Source: an uncultured Actinomycetes bacterium (GTDB lineage: Bacteria > Actinomycetota > Thermoleophilia > UBA2241). Taken from it: a stretch of DNA of 32,000 bases. The stretch spans positions 220,881 through 252,880 of the forward strand of contig CAVPVX010000007.1 in NCBI GenBank assembly GCA_963709345.1. The letters run 5' to 3'. Below are positions 25,116-31,929 of the stretch, piece after piece. How positions within the stretch are numbered: the stretch's first letter is position 1; each line of letters begins with the position of its first letter. Position numbers and translations under genes: made by a program. Under the pieces are notes generated by a model. That model was not told the origin of the DNA. It saw nothing but the letters and a program-made list of their open reading frames with translations, and did no database searches.

Positions 25116-26142
25116 TCAAGCCTGGGGCCAGGCGGGCGGCGGGGCGACGAGGCGCCACTCGACGCCGTCCTCGAGTTCCCGCACGACGGCCCAGTCCCCG
25201 CGCGAGAAGTGCCGCAGGGCCAGCGGCTCCACGACCCGCTCGTCCTGGGCCAGGAGGTCGCCCAGGGACCGCACGAGACGCGCCCCGCCCTCGGCGACCG
25301 ACGTCGTGTCGTCGCCGGCGACCGCAAGGCGCAGGCGGCGCAGCGTCTCCAGCGCGTCCGCTTGCGGCTGCGCGAGCAGCGTCTGCGGCCCGTCGACGCC
25401 GTGAACGGCCAGCGCCGGGAACCACGCCTGGCGCAACCGGCGAAAGCGCGCCTCGATGCCTCCGAGGCGGTCGACGAGACGCGCCACGAGGGCACGCTCG
25501 TGACGCCACCGACGCCGCGTGGGCGAGCCGCCGAGTCGGCTCAGCGCCGCCTCGAGGTCTGCGCAGAGCCGCCTGATCAGGACGGCCTCCCGGCGAAGCG
25601 TGTCCAGCGGGTGTCCCCCGGGAACAGCCGCCACCAGAGACTCGTCCGACGAGCTCGTCGGTCGAAGGTCCCTCGGGGTCACCGGTGCGCGCCGGCGCGC
25701 CGGCCGCGACGGAGAGCGCCTTTTCGAGCGCCGCCAGCTCCGCTGGGTCGAGACCGTCGCTGACCGCCGCCCAGCGCTCCGCCAGCTCCGGCAGCGGCCC
25801 GCCGCCCTCGAGGGCGGCGGCGATGGCGCGCAGCTCGCAGAGCCGGCTGTCGTCGCCCGCGATCCCACGAGAAGCGAAAGCCGTCCGCGCCGGGCGGCCG
25901 GTACCGCGGGCCACCTCCGCGGCGACCTCCCTTACCAGCTGCGGGCAGGTGACGTCACGGCACGCGGCGACGTCACCCAGTGTCGTGACCCGGGCCCACC
26001 GTGAAAGGGCGAGCGGCCGGTCGAGCGGCGCAACGCCGCCGCACCGGCGCAAGTACGGCTCGATGAACGGGTAGGCGTTCACGAGCGCGAACACGGTGGT
26101 GCGCGAGCCGATGAGGATGTCGGATGACGGCGCTTCGGTCAT
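25116..26142 (-). pseudogene. DUF1858 + DUF438/hemerythrin-like domain protein, reading frame broken once (frameshift or assembly indel)
   Basis: N-terminus (frame of ORF 24250..26181): MTEAPSSDILIGSRTTVFALVNAYPFIEPYL...WARVTTLGDVAACRDV is DUF1858-like. C-terminus (frame of ORF 25116..25868): VPGGHPLDTLRREAVLIRRL...FPALAVHGVDGPQTLL... is DUF438-like with strong GC3. The frames switch at about 25640-25690. The stop at 25116 lies 50 nt upstream of the paralog-2 ATG. Confidence 0.55.
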
Positions 26143-26285
26143 GGTGGCCGGACCTCTCCGTTCTGGCCGGTGACACCCCAAGCGTAGCAGCCACGCGGCG
26201 CGGCACGCACGCTGGCGGTCGCGGTGGAGCGGTGGTATCCTGCCGCTCCCGTCCCTCCACGTTCGCGCTCGCGAGTCCCCACTGC

Positions 26286-28268
26286 ATGAGCATCGTCACC
26301 TTCAATAACGTCGAGAAGTCCTTCGCGGGACAACGGCTCTTCACAACGGTGACGTTCACCGTCGACGCGCACGACCACGCCGTGCTCGTCGGCCGCAACG
26401 GGACCGGCAAGACGACGCTCCTGCGCATGATGTCGGGCGACGAGCAGCCGGACTCGGGCACCATCGCCCGGGCGCGCGGCAGGCGCGTGTGGCTCCACGA
26501 GCAGACCCCCGAACTCGAACGCGACCGGCCGGTGCGTGACTACCTCATCGACGCGTTCGGTGAAGCGGTAGGGCTCGAGGCAGCCTTGCGGGAGACGGAG
26601 GAGAGGCTCTCCGGCCTGGCCGAACACAGTCCCGACCTGCGCGACACCATGAAGACCTACCAGCAACTGCAGCGCCGCTTCGAGGCAGCCGGCGGGTACG
26701 GCTACCGCGACCGTCTGAGCGGCGTCGTCGAGGGCCTCGGCCTTCCCGAGCACATGCTGGACCGCGGACTCCTCTCACTCTCCGGCGGCGAGCTCACACG
26801 GGTGACCCTGGCGCGGGCGCTTCTGGCCGACGCGGACCTGCTGCTCCTCGACGAGCCGACGAACCACCTCGACATAGACTCGGTGGAGTGGCTGGAGGGC
26901 TTCCTCACCGAGTACCCGCGCGCCTTCATACTCGTCACCCACGACCGCCGGCTCCTTGAGAAGGTGGGCCGCCGCGTACTCGCCGTCGAGCACGAGCACG
27001 TGGAGACGCAGGGCGGCGACTTCGCCACGTATCTCCGCGAGAGCGAGGCTCGCCTCGACCTGATGCGCCGCGAGTACCAGCAGGACATCGAGAAGATCGA
27101 ACAGCTGCAGCGCTTCTACGACCGCTTCCACGCGAAGAAGGACAAGGCCAAGCAGGCAAAGGCCAAGCTCACGCAGATCGAGCGCATCAAGGCGGGGCTT
27201 CGCGAACCGCCCCGCCAGAAGCGCGACTTCAAGCTGGGGCTCCCTCAGCCCAAGCCTTCCGCCCGCGTGGTGCTGGAGTTGAAAACGCCGGCCGTCGGCG
27301 TCGGCTCGGCCGACGACCCCGTCGGCATCCACACGCTGGTGCGCGACGTCGACGTCGTGCTCGAACGTGGAGAGAAGGTCGCCCTGCTCGGGCCGAACGG
27401 CTCCGGCAAGACCACGCTGGTCGAGACGGTCGTCGGCCTGAGGAGCCTGCTCGACGGCGCCGCCCACCTGGGCCACAACGTCCGCGCGGCGTACTACTCA
27501 CAGCAGGGCCGGGAGCTGCGCGAAGACGACACCGTGCTGCTCACCGTCCTGCCGCTCGTCGGCCACGACGAAGAGGCGGCACGGCGCCTCCTCGGGCGAT
27601 TCCAGTTCGGCCCCGATGAGGTCGAGAAGAAGGTCGGGATGCTGTCGGGCGGCGAGCGCAGCCGCCTCCGCCTGCTCGCGCTGCTCGTCGGCGACGCGAA
27701 CTTCCTGCTGCTCGACGAGCCTACGAACCACCTCGACATGGGCTCGGTCGAGGCGCTCGCCGACGCGCTCGAGGACTACACGGGCACCATCCTGCTCGTC
27801 ACGCACGACCGGCACCTCATCGACCGCGTCGCCACCCGCGTCCTCGAGATCCACGACAGCGGGCTGCTCAATCACCTCTCGGCGGGGCGCTACTGGGAGG
27901 CGCGAGCCGCTCGGGCCGGCGACGCGGGCGATGGCGCCACGGGCGGCGATTCGGGCGGCGGTCGGTCGGCCGTCAGAGCCGAGTCCGCCCGCGGCGGCCG
28001 CCCCGCGCCCGCGGGCGCCGCCACGACCCGCCAGACGAAGGAGAGCGCGGAGGAGTCGCGCCGCAGGCGTGCGCGTGTGCGCGGCGCGGAGGCCGCGATC
28101 CTTCGCGCCGAGAAGCGCCTCGGCGAGATCGACGCCGAGCTCGCCGAGCCGGCCACCTACGCCGACCGCGACGTCCTCAACCGCCTGCTCGACGAGCGAG
28201 GTGTCGTCGAAGGTCAGCTGCAGCGCGAGTACAAGGAGTGGGAGAAGCTCGTCGACGCCGCCGGCTGA
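26286..28268 (+). CDS. ABC-F family ATPase (two ABC domains, no TM domain, Uup-like C-terminal coiled-coil tail)
   Basis: Walker A GRNGTGKTT and GPNGSGKTT, signatures LSGGE and LSGGERSRL, and an inter-domain linker. ATG at 26286 (MSIVTFNNVEKSF). The upstream part of the track ORF is antisense to the neighbouring gene. Confidence 0.88.
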   Translation: MSIVTFNNVEKSFAGQRLFTTVTFTVDAHDHAVLVGRNGTGKTTLLRMMSGDEQPDSGTIARARGRRVWLHEQTPELERDRPVRDYLIDAFGEAVGLEAALRETEERLSGLAEHSPDLRDTMKTYQQLQRRFEAAGGYGYRDRLSGVVEGLGLPEHMLDRGLLSLSGGELTRVTLARALLADADLLLLDEPTNHLDIDSVEWLEGFLTEYPRAFILVTHDRRLLEKVGRRVLAVEHEHVETQGGDFATYLRESEARLDLMRREYQQDIEKIEQLQRFYDRFHAKKDKAKQAKAKLTQIERIKAGLREPPRQKRDFKLGLPQPKPSARVVLELKTPAVGVGSADDPVGIHTLVRDVDVVLERGEKVALLGPNGSGKTTLVETVVGLRSLLDGAAHLGHNVRAAYYSQQGRELREDDTVLLTVLPLVGHDEEAARRLLGRFQFGPDEVEKKVGMLSGGERSRLRLLALLVGDANFLLLDEPTNHLDMGSVEALADALEDYTGTILLVTHDRHLIDRVATRVLEIHDSGLLNHLSAGRYWEARAARAGDAGDGATGGDSGGGRSAVRAESARGGRPAPAGAATTRQTKESAEESRRRRARVRGAEAAILRAEKRLGEIDAELAEPATYADRDVLNRLLDERGVVEGQLQREYKEWEKLVDAAG

Positions 28269-28313
28269 GGCACCGGCGTCTTCCCACACGGCATCCGTGC
28301 TAGGCTCCGGAGG

Positions 28314-29165
28314 ATGCCCGCACCCCCCTCGGTAAGCCGCTCCGCCCCCACCCCCAGTCGCTCACGCCTCCGCCGCCTGCAGGTCCGCATCCTCGGCTGG
28401 TACGCCGAGAACGCCCGCGACCTCCCGTGGCGCCACACCACGGATCCGTACGCGATCCTCGTGAGCGAGGTCATGCTCCAGCAGACGCAGGTGGCGCGCG
28501 TCGTGCCGCGCTTCGAGGAGTGGATGGCCGCCTGGCCGGATCTCGAGGCACTCGCGGCGGCGTCGCTCGCCGACGTCCTGCGACGCTGGCAGGGGCTCGG
28601 CTACAACAACCGGGCGGCCCGCCTGCAGGCTTGCGCCGTTGCGGCAGTCGCCCGTTGTGCGCCGGAGCGGACCGCGGAGCTGCCGCGCTCTCCGGCCGGG
28701 CTCATGGACCTCCCCGGCGTCGGCCCCTACACGGCCCGGGCGGTGCTGGTCTTCGCCCACAACGACGATCTCGCGGCGGTCGACGCCAACGTGCGGCGCG
28801 TACTGACACACGAGCTCGGTCTTCGACCCGACCTGGGCGACGGCGAACTGCAGACGGTCGCCGAGGCGGCGCTCCCGCGGGGTCGCAGCCGCGAGTGGCA
28901 CAACGCCCTCATGGACTACGGCGCTCTGGTCCTGACGGCCCGCGCCACAGGCATCTCACCGCGCACGCGCCAGAGCGCGTTCGAGGGATCCCGGCGTCAG
29001 AAACGCGCCCTGCTCCTGCGCGCTCTGCTGTCACGGAGCCCACTGACACCGGCCGAGCTGGCTGACGAACTCGCACTGCCCGCGGAGGACGTCGACGATC
29101 TGATTCGACTGCTCCAGCGTGACGGGCTCGTGAGCGTGGATTCGGGCAAGGTCTCCGTGGCGTGA
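28314..29165 (+). CDS. HhH-GPD DNA glycosylase of MutY/Nth type lacking the 4Fe-4S Cys cluster, with a C-terminal winged-helix-like tail
   Basis: YAILVSEVMLQQTQV (catalytic Glu context), LPGVGPYTARAV (HhH-GPD) and VDANVRRVL (catalytic Asp context). The protein has only two Cys residues and no CX6CX2CX5C motif. The tail is PLTPAELADELALPAEDVDDLIRLLQRDGLVSV. Confidence 0.75.
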   Translation: MPAPPSVSRSAPTPSRSRLRRLQVRILGWYAENARDLPWRHTTDPYAILVSEVMLQQTQVARVVPRFEEWMAAWPDLEALAAASLADVLRRWQGLGYNNRAARLQACAVAAVARCAPERTAELPRSPAGLMDLPGVGPYTARAVLVFAHNDDLAAVDANVRRVLTHELGLRPDLGDGELQTVAEAALPRGRSREWHNALMDYGALVLTARATGISPRTRQSAFEGSRRQKRALLLRALLSRSPLTPAELADELALPAEDVDDLIRLLQRDGLVSVDSGKVSVA

Positions 29166-29507
29166 GCGTGCCGGCCGCCGAGTAGTCTGGGCTCACGCCA
29201 CACCGCCTCGGGAGGCACAGACGACGGCTCGGTGCCCGACTCCGTCGGCGAAGCGTACGGCGAGTGGCTGCCGCTGCACCACGCTCTGGAGGCGGTCCGT
29301 CGAAGGCCTCGCGACGACATGGCCGGCGACTGGGCGGCCGCTCGCGAGGCCGCCGACGCGCTGGGGTGCACGCCAGCGGGCCCGGTGACCGGAGTCCACG
29401 AGCTCAGCCGCACGGACGGGGCCCCGCCGACTACGTCACCCGCATCCGTCTGCCGTACGCTCGCTGAGAGCAGGGCGGGCGGGCCGCGCAGCCGCCCCGC
29501 GCGCGCC

Positions 29508-29827
29508 TCACGTGCGGAACATCGTCAGCAGGAAGACGAGCTCTCCCTGCGCCTTCACGGCGTGGCGCAAATCGGCCGGCATGTAGTACAGCTTGCCGGC
29601 GCTCGCCTCGTGCGCCGTGCCGTCGAGCACGACTTCCCCTGCCCGCCGAGCACGTGTATGACGGCAGGAACGCTGGCCGTGTGCTCGCTCAGCTCCTGGC
29701 CCTGAGCCAGCGTGAAGTGGACGATCTTGTGATGCGCGTTCTCGACGATCGCCTTGCTCACGATCCCGCGATCGGCGACCTCGACCATGCCGTCGAGATC
29801 GACGACCAGCGGTTCGGCAGTCTCCAT
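29508..29827 (-). pseudogene. Cupin_2 domain protein, reading frame broken once at a C4/G4 run
   Basis: N-terminus (ORF 29555..29827): METAEPLVVDLDGM...FTLAQGQELSEHTASVPAVIHVLGGQG. C-terminus (frame of ORF 29508..29963): GEVVLDGTAHEASAGKLYYMPADLRHAVKAQGELVFLLTMFRT. One extra G at CAGGGG (plus-strand CCCC 29636-29639) would restore VLGGQGEVVLDG. Confidence 0.6.
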
Positions 29828-29939
29828 GTTCGACCTCCGTCGGTGTTTGCCGTCTTACAACCGACGGTACCCCGGAGCCACCGCTCCTCATCTTGACTTT
29901 CGTCAGGCCCGCTTCTCGTGCGCGCCACGTGAGTTCAGT

Positions 29940-29968
29940 TTGACACCGCCGGGCCTTGGTCATATAGT
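29940..29968 (+). promoter_or_regulatory. Near-consensus sigma-70 promoter (TTGACA - 17 nt - TATAGT) for the small-ORF pair
   Basis: TTGACA at 29940-29945 and TATAGT at 29963-29968, about 50 nt upstream of the ATG at 30020. Flanked by two copies of CACGTGAG (29926-29933 and 30002-30009). Confidence 0.6.
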
Positions 29969-30019
29969 TTGTGAGGCGTTACACAATATCGAGAAATTAG
30001 ACACGTGAGGAGGGTCGCC

Positions 30020-30169
30020 ATGACTGATCGGATCTCCAGGCTTAAGCGCTTCTTCGAGGGCACGGCCAGCGTCGTGGCCTCCCCCATGGGCGACGCCAGG
30101 AGTCACCTGCGCGGCAAGGACTTCATGAGGATCGACCTTACCGGGAGCGCGCGCTCCTACAGGGTCTGA
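30020..30169 (+). CDS. Small protein, 49 aa (not in ORF track): MTDRISRLKRFFEGTASVVASPMGDARSHLRGKDFMRIDLTGSARSYRV
   Basis: The ATG is preceded by GAGGAGGG with a 5-nt spacer. Paralogous to the next ORF (shared R-FFEGT-xxV-xxx-P-x-GDAR-x-H-[LI]-R core). GC3-rich codons. Sits between a dedicated promoter and terminator. Confidence 0.6.
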   Translation: MTDRISRLKRFFEGTASVVASPMGDARSHLRGKDFMRIDLTGSARSYRV

Positions 30170-30189
30170 ACAGAGAGGCGGTGGGCACC

Positions 30190-30327
30190 ATGCAGCATCG
30201 AATCTTTCGCTCCATCGGCCGTTTCTTCGAGGGTACCGGCGGAGTTCTCGGGACCCCCTCGGGCGACGCCCGCGGCCACATCCGTGTCACCGTCAAGACC
30301 GTGCACGACGGCGACTCGTCAGCCTGA
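30190..30327 (+). CDS. Small protein, 45 aa (not in ORF track): MQHRIFRSIGRFFEGTGGVLGTPSGDARGHIRVTVKTVHDGDSSA
   Basis: Starts 20 nt after the ORF1 stop, with AGAGAGG/GGTGGG upstream. The conserved core is shared with ORF1 at the amino-acid level while the nucleotides diverge, which argues for selection on the protein. Confidence 0.6.
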   Translation: MQHRIFRSIGRFFEGTGGVLGTPSGDARGHIRVTVKTVHDGDSSA

Positions 30328-30410
30328 TTCATGGGAAGCTGACCCAGCCCGCCAAACTACAACACCCCCCTCCCGACAGCGGCCCCCCCAGCCGCGACCG
30401 GTGAGTCAAA

Positions 30411-30481
30411 GGGCCTCTCGCCCCCTGGTTCCGGCCCCCCATACGGCCAGGGATACGGCGAGGGGCCCTTCCCCTTTTCTC
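30411..30481 (+). terminator. Intrinsic terminator after the small-ORF pair (possibly bidirectional)
   Basis: Outer stem GGGCCTCTCGCC (30411-30422) pairs with GGCGAGGGGCCC (30457-30468), 12 bp with one G-U. Inner stems are CCCTGG/CCAGGG and CCG/CGG. It is followed by CTTCCCCTTTTCTC. Confidence 0.65.
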
Positions 30482-30564
30482 AGTGCGACCACCACGGCCG
30501 ACAGCGACGCCCGAAAGAGGTGCGGTCGGCGTGCAACGCCGCCCGGACCCGCGTCGCCCTCGGC

Positions 30565-31929
30565 TCAGACCGGGAAGCAGGCGGGGTAGCGGCGCGGCTT
30601 CTTCTTGCGCCGCTGGTACGTGCGCGCGAGCTCGATGAAGATCCCGACGTCGCGCTCCAGGTCGCCCTGCGTACCGTCGAAGTAGAACGTGCGGATCGGC
30701 ATATCGTCGAGGTCCTTCTGCAGACTCGGGTACACCGCCTCCGTCACGATGCCGTTCATGCAAGTGAAGGGGCTGATGTCGATGATGCCGTCGGCGCCCT
30801 TCTGGTACAGGTAGATGGCCTTCCCGCTGCTCAGCACCATCTCGCCCAGGGCGCCCGTGTACGGCAGATAGGGATAGCTCATCTGCAGGACATCGCGCAC
30901 GTCCACGGGCTCCTCGTACCCCACGAAGTCGTCGTGGAACGGTCCGTACAACGCATGCTCGTCGCGGCGCATGATCTTGTTCTTGAGGACTCGGACGAGG
31001 CTGTCCTTGCTGATGCGCCGGCCTTCGTCGATGAGCCGGCGACGCTGCTCGTCATCGGTGTACCAGACCCACTCCCCGATGTCCGACAGCCAGCACTCGC
31101 CGCCCTGCTCCTCGACGACGCGGATGAGGTCGAAGTTCGAGAAGGTGTTCTGGCGGCAGAAGATCTCGCCGACCACGCCGACCAGGGGGCGCGAAGCGTC
31201 GTAGTCGGCGGGCAACTGGCGGAAGCGGTCGCGGGCGCGCACCATGGCCGGCACGATGGCCTCCAGGCGCTGCCTGTGCGACACGCCGTTCAGGCTGACC
31301 GCCTCGCCCACCTCTTCGAGGCTGAGCGTGTAGGCGGCGTCCGCGGCACCCTTCTTGCGCTCGTAGGGCCGGGTCTTGAGCAGGAGCTTCATGAGGATGT
31401 CCTGGCACAGCACCGCCCGCCAGGCAGTGCGCACGAGATCCTGTGAATAGTTGCCGATCGACGAGTACCCGTCGCCCGACGTGATGCTGATCACCGGGAC
31501 GTCGCTGTAGCCGAGCTCGTCGAACTTGCTGCGGATGAGGTGCAGGTACTGGCCGAAGCGGCACGGCCCGTTGGCCGACGGCATCAGGAAGGCGACGTTG
31601 TCGCGGCCTTCGTCCTCGATGATGCGCAGGAAGTCGCCGAGCGTGATCTTCTGCGGGTAGCACTCGTCGCCGGAGGTCACCCGACTGCCGAGCTCCAGCG
31701 TGCGCTCGTCCGAGTCGCTGGTCGGCCAGCAGTCGAAGCCGATGGATCTGATCGCCGCGGCCAGCAGGTAGGAGCCGCCGTACGGCATCTGCGGCAGGTA
31801 GAGCGTCCGGCCCTCGAGACCGTACGCGGCGATCGCCTGCTTGATGCCTTCATCCTGGACGGCCGCGCCGGCCGACGCGACGGCGTCTCCCGCGGCGGCT
31901 CCGCCCTGGGGACTAGGTGGCGACGACAC
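30565..31929 (-). CDS. Acyl-CoA dehydratase activase-related protein (DUF2229-type, CoA-enzyme-activase uncharacterised domain)
   Basis: LYLPQMPYGGSYLLAAAIRSIGFDCWP...GDECYPQKITLGDFL...GPCRFGQY...SPFTCMNG motifs are typical of this family. I prefer the GTG at 31929 (GAGGAGG 6 nt upstream) over the track start at 31944. It overlaps the upstream gene end by 17 nt. Confidence 0.65.
   Translation of the reverse strand: MSSPPSPQGGAAAGDAVASAGAAVQDEGIKQAIAAYGLEGRTLYLPQMPYGGSYLLAAAIRSIGFDCWPTSDSDERTLELGSRVTSGDECYPQKITLGDFLRIIEDEGRDNVAFLMPSANGPCRFGQYLHLIRSKFDELGYSDVPVISITSGDGYSSIGNYSQDLVRTAWRAVLCQDILMKLLLKTRPYERKKGAADAAYTLSLEEVGEAVSLNGVSHRQRLEAIVPAMVRARDRFRQLPADYDASRPLVGVVGEIFCRQNTFSNFDLIRVVEEQGGECWLSDIGEWVWYTDDEQRRRLIDEGRRISKDSLVRVLKNKIMRRDEHALYGPFHDDFVGYEEPVDVRDVLQMSYPYLPYTGALGEMVLSSGKAIYLYQKGADGIIDISPFTCMNGIVTEAVYPSLQKDLDDMPIRTFYFDGTQGDLERDVGIFIELARTYQRRKKKPRRYPACFPV

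Noticed and set aside
751-25404. Many long track ORFs. Examples: 751..2421(-), 2647..4101(-), 3731..4594(-), 7504..8436(+), 13858..15240(-), 16597..18384(+), 16868..18505(-), 19748..21319(+), 22057..23283(+), 22223..23416(-), 24283..25404(+), 24732..25763(+).
   Set aside because: Their translations are dominated by Arg/Pro/Ala/Gly runs with no domain-like sequence. They lie antisense to, or out of frame with, ORFs that have clear family signatures. These are typical shadow ORFs of high-GC DNA, where stop codons are rare.
24250-26181. Single 643-aa fusion protein (DUF1858 + NTase) as given in the ORF track.
   Set aside because: The middle ~190 residues are Arg/Gly/Pro filler. A better-scoring hemerythrin-like continuation with its own stop exists in another frame, and the NTase part has its own RBS and ATG at 25065.
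26286-28268. ABC-F ATPase as an antibiotic-resistance (ARE) ribosomal protection factor linked to the neighbouring nucleotidyltransferases.
   Set aside because: Its length and Uup-like charged C-terminal tail fit housekeeping ABC-F proteins better than ARE subfamilies. It is separated from, and oppositely oriented to, the sensor gene. There is no sequence-level evidence for resistance function.
30284-30589. Track ORF of 101 aa (Pro/Thr/Arg-rich) spanning the region after the small ORFs.
   Set aside because: It runs through the C-rich tract and the terminator hairpin and has no protein-like features. The region is better explained as a 3' UTR plus terminator.
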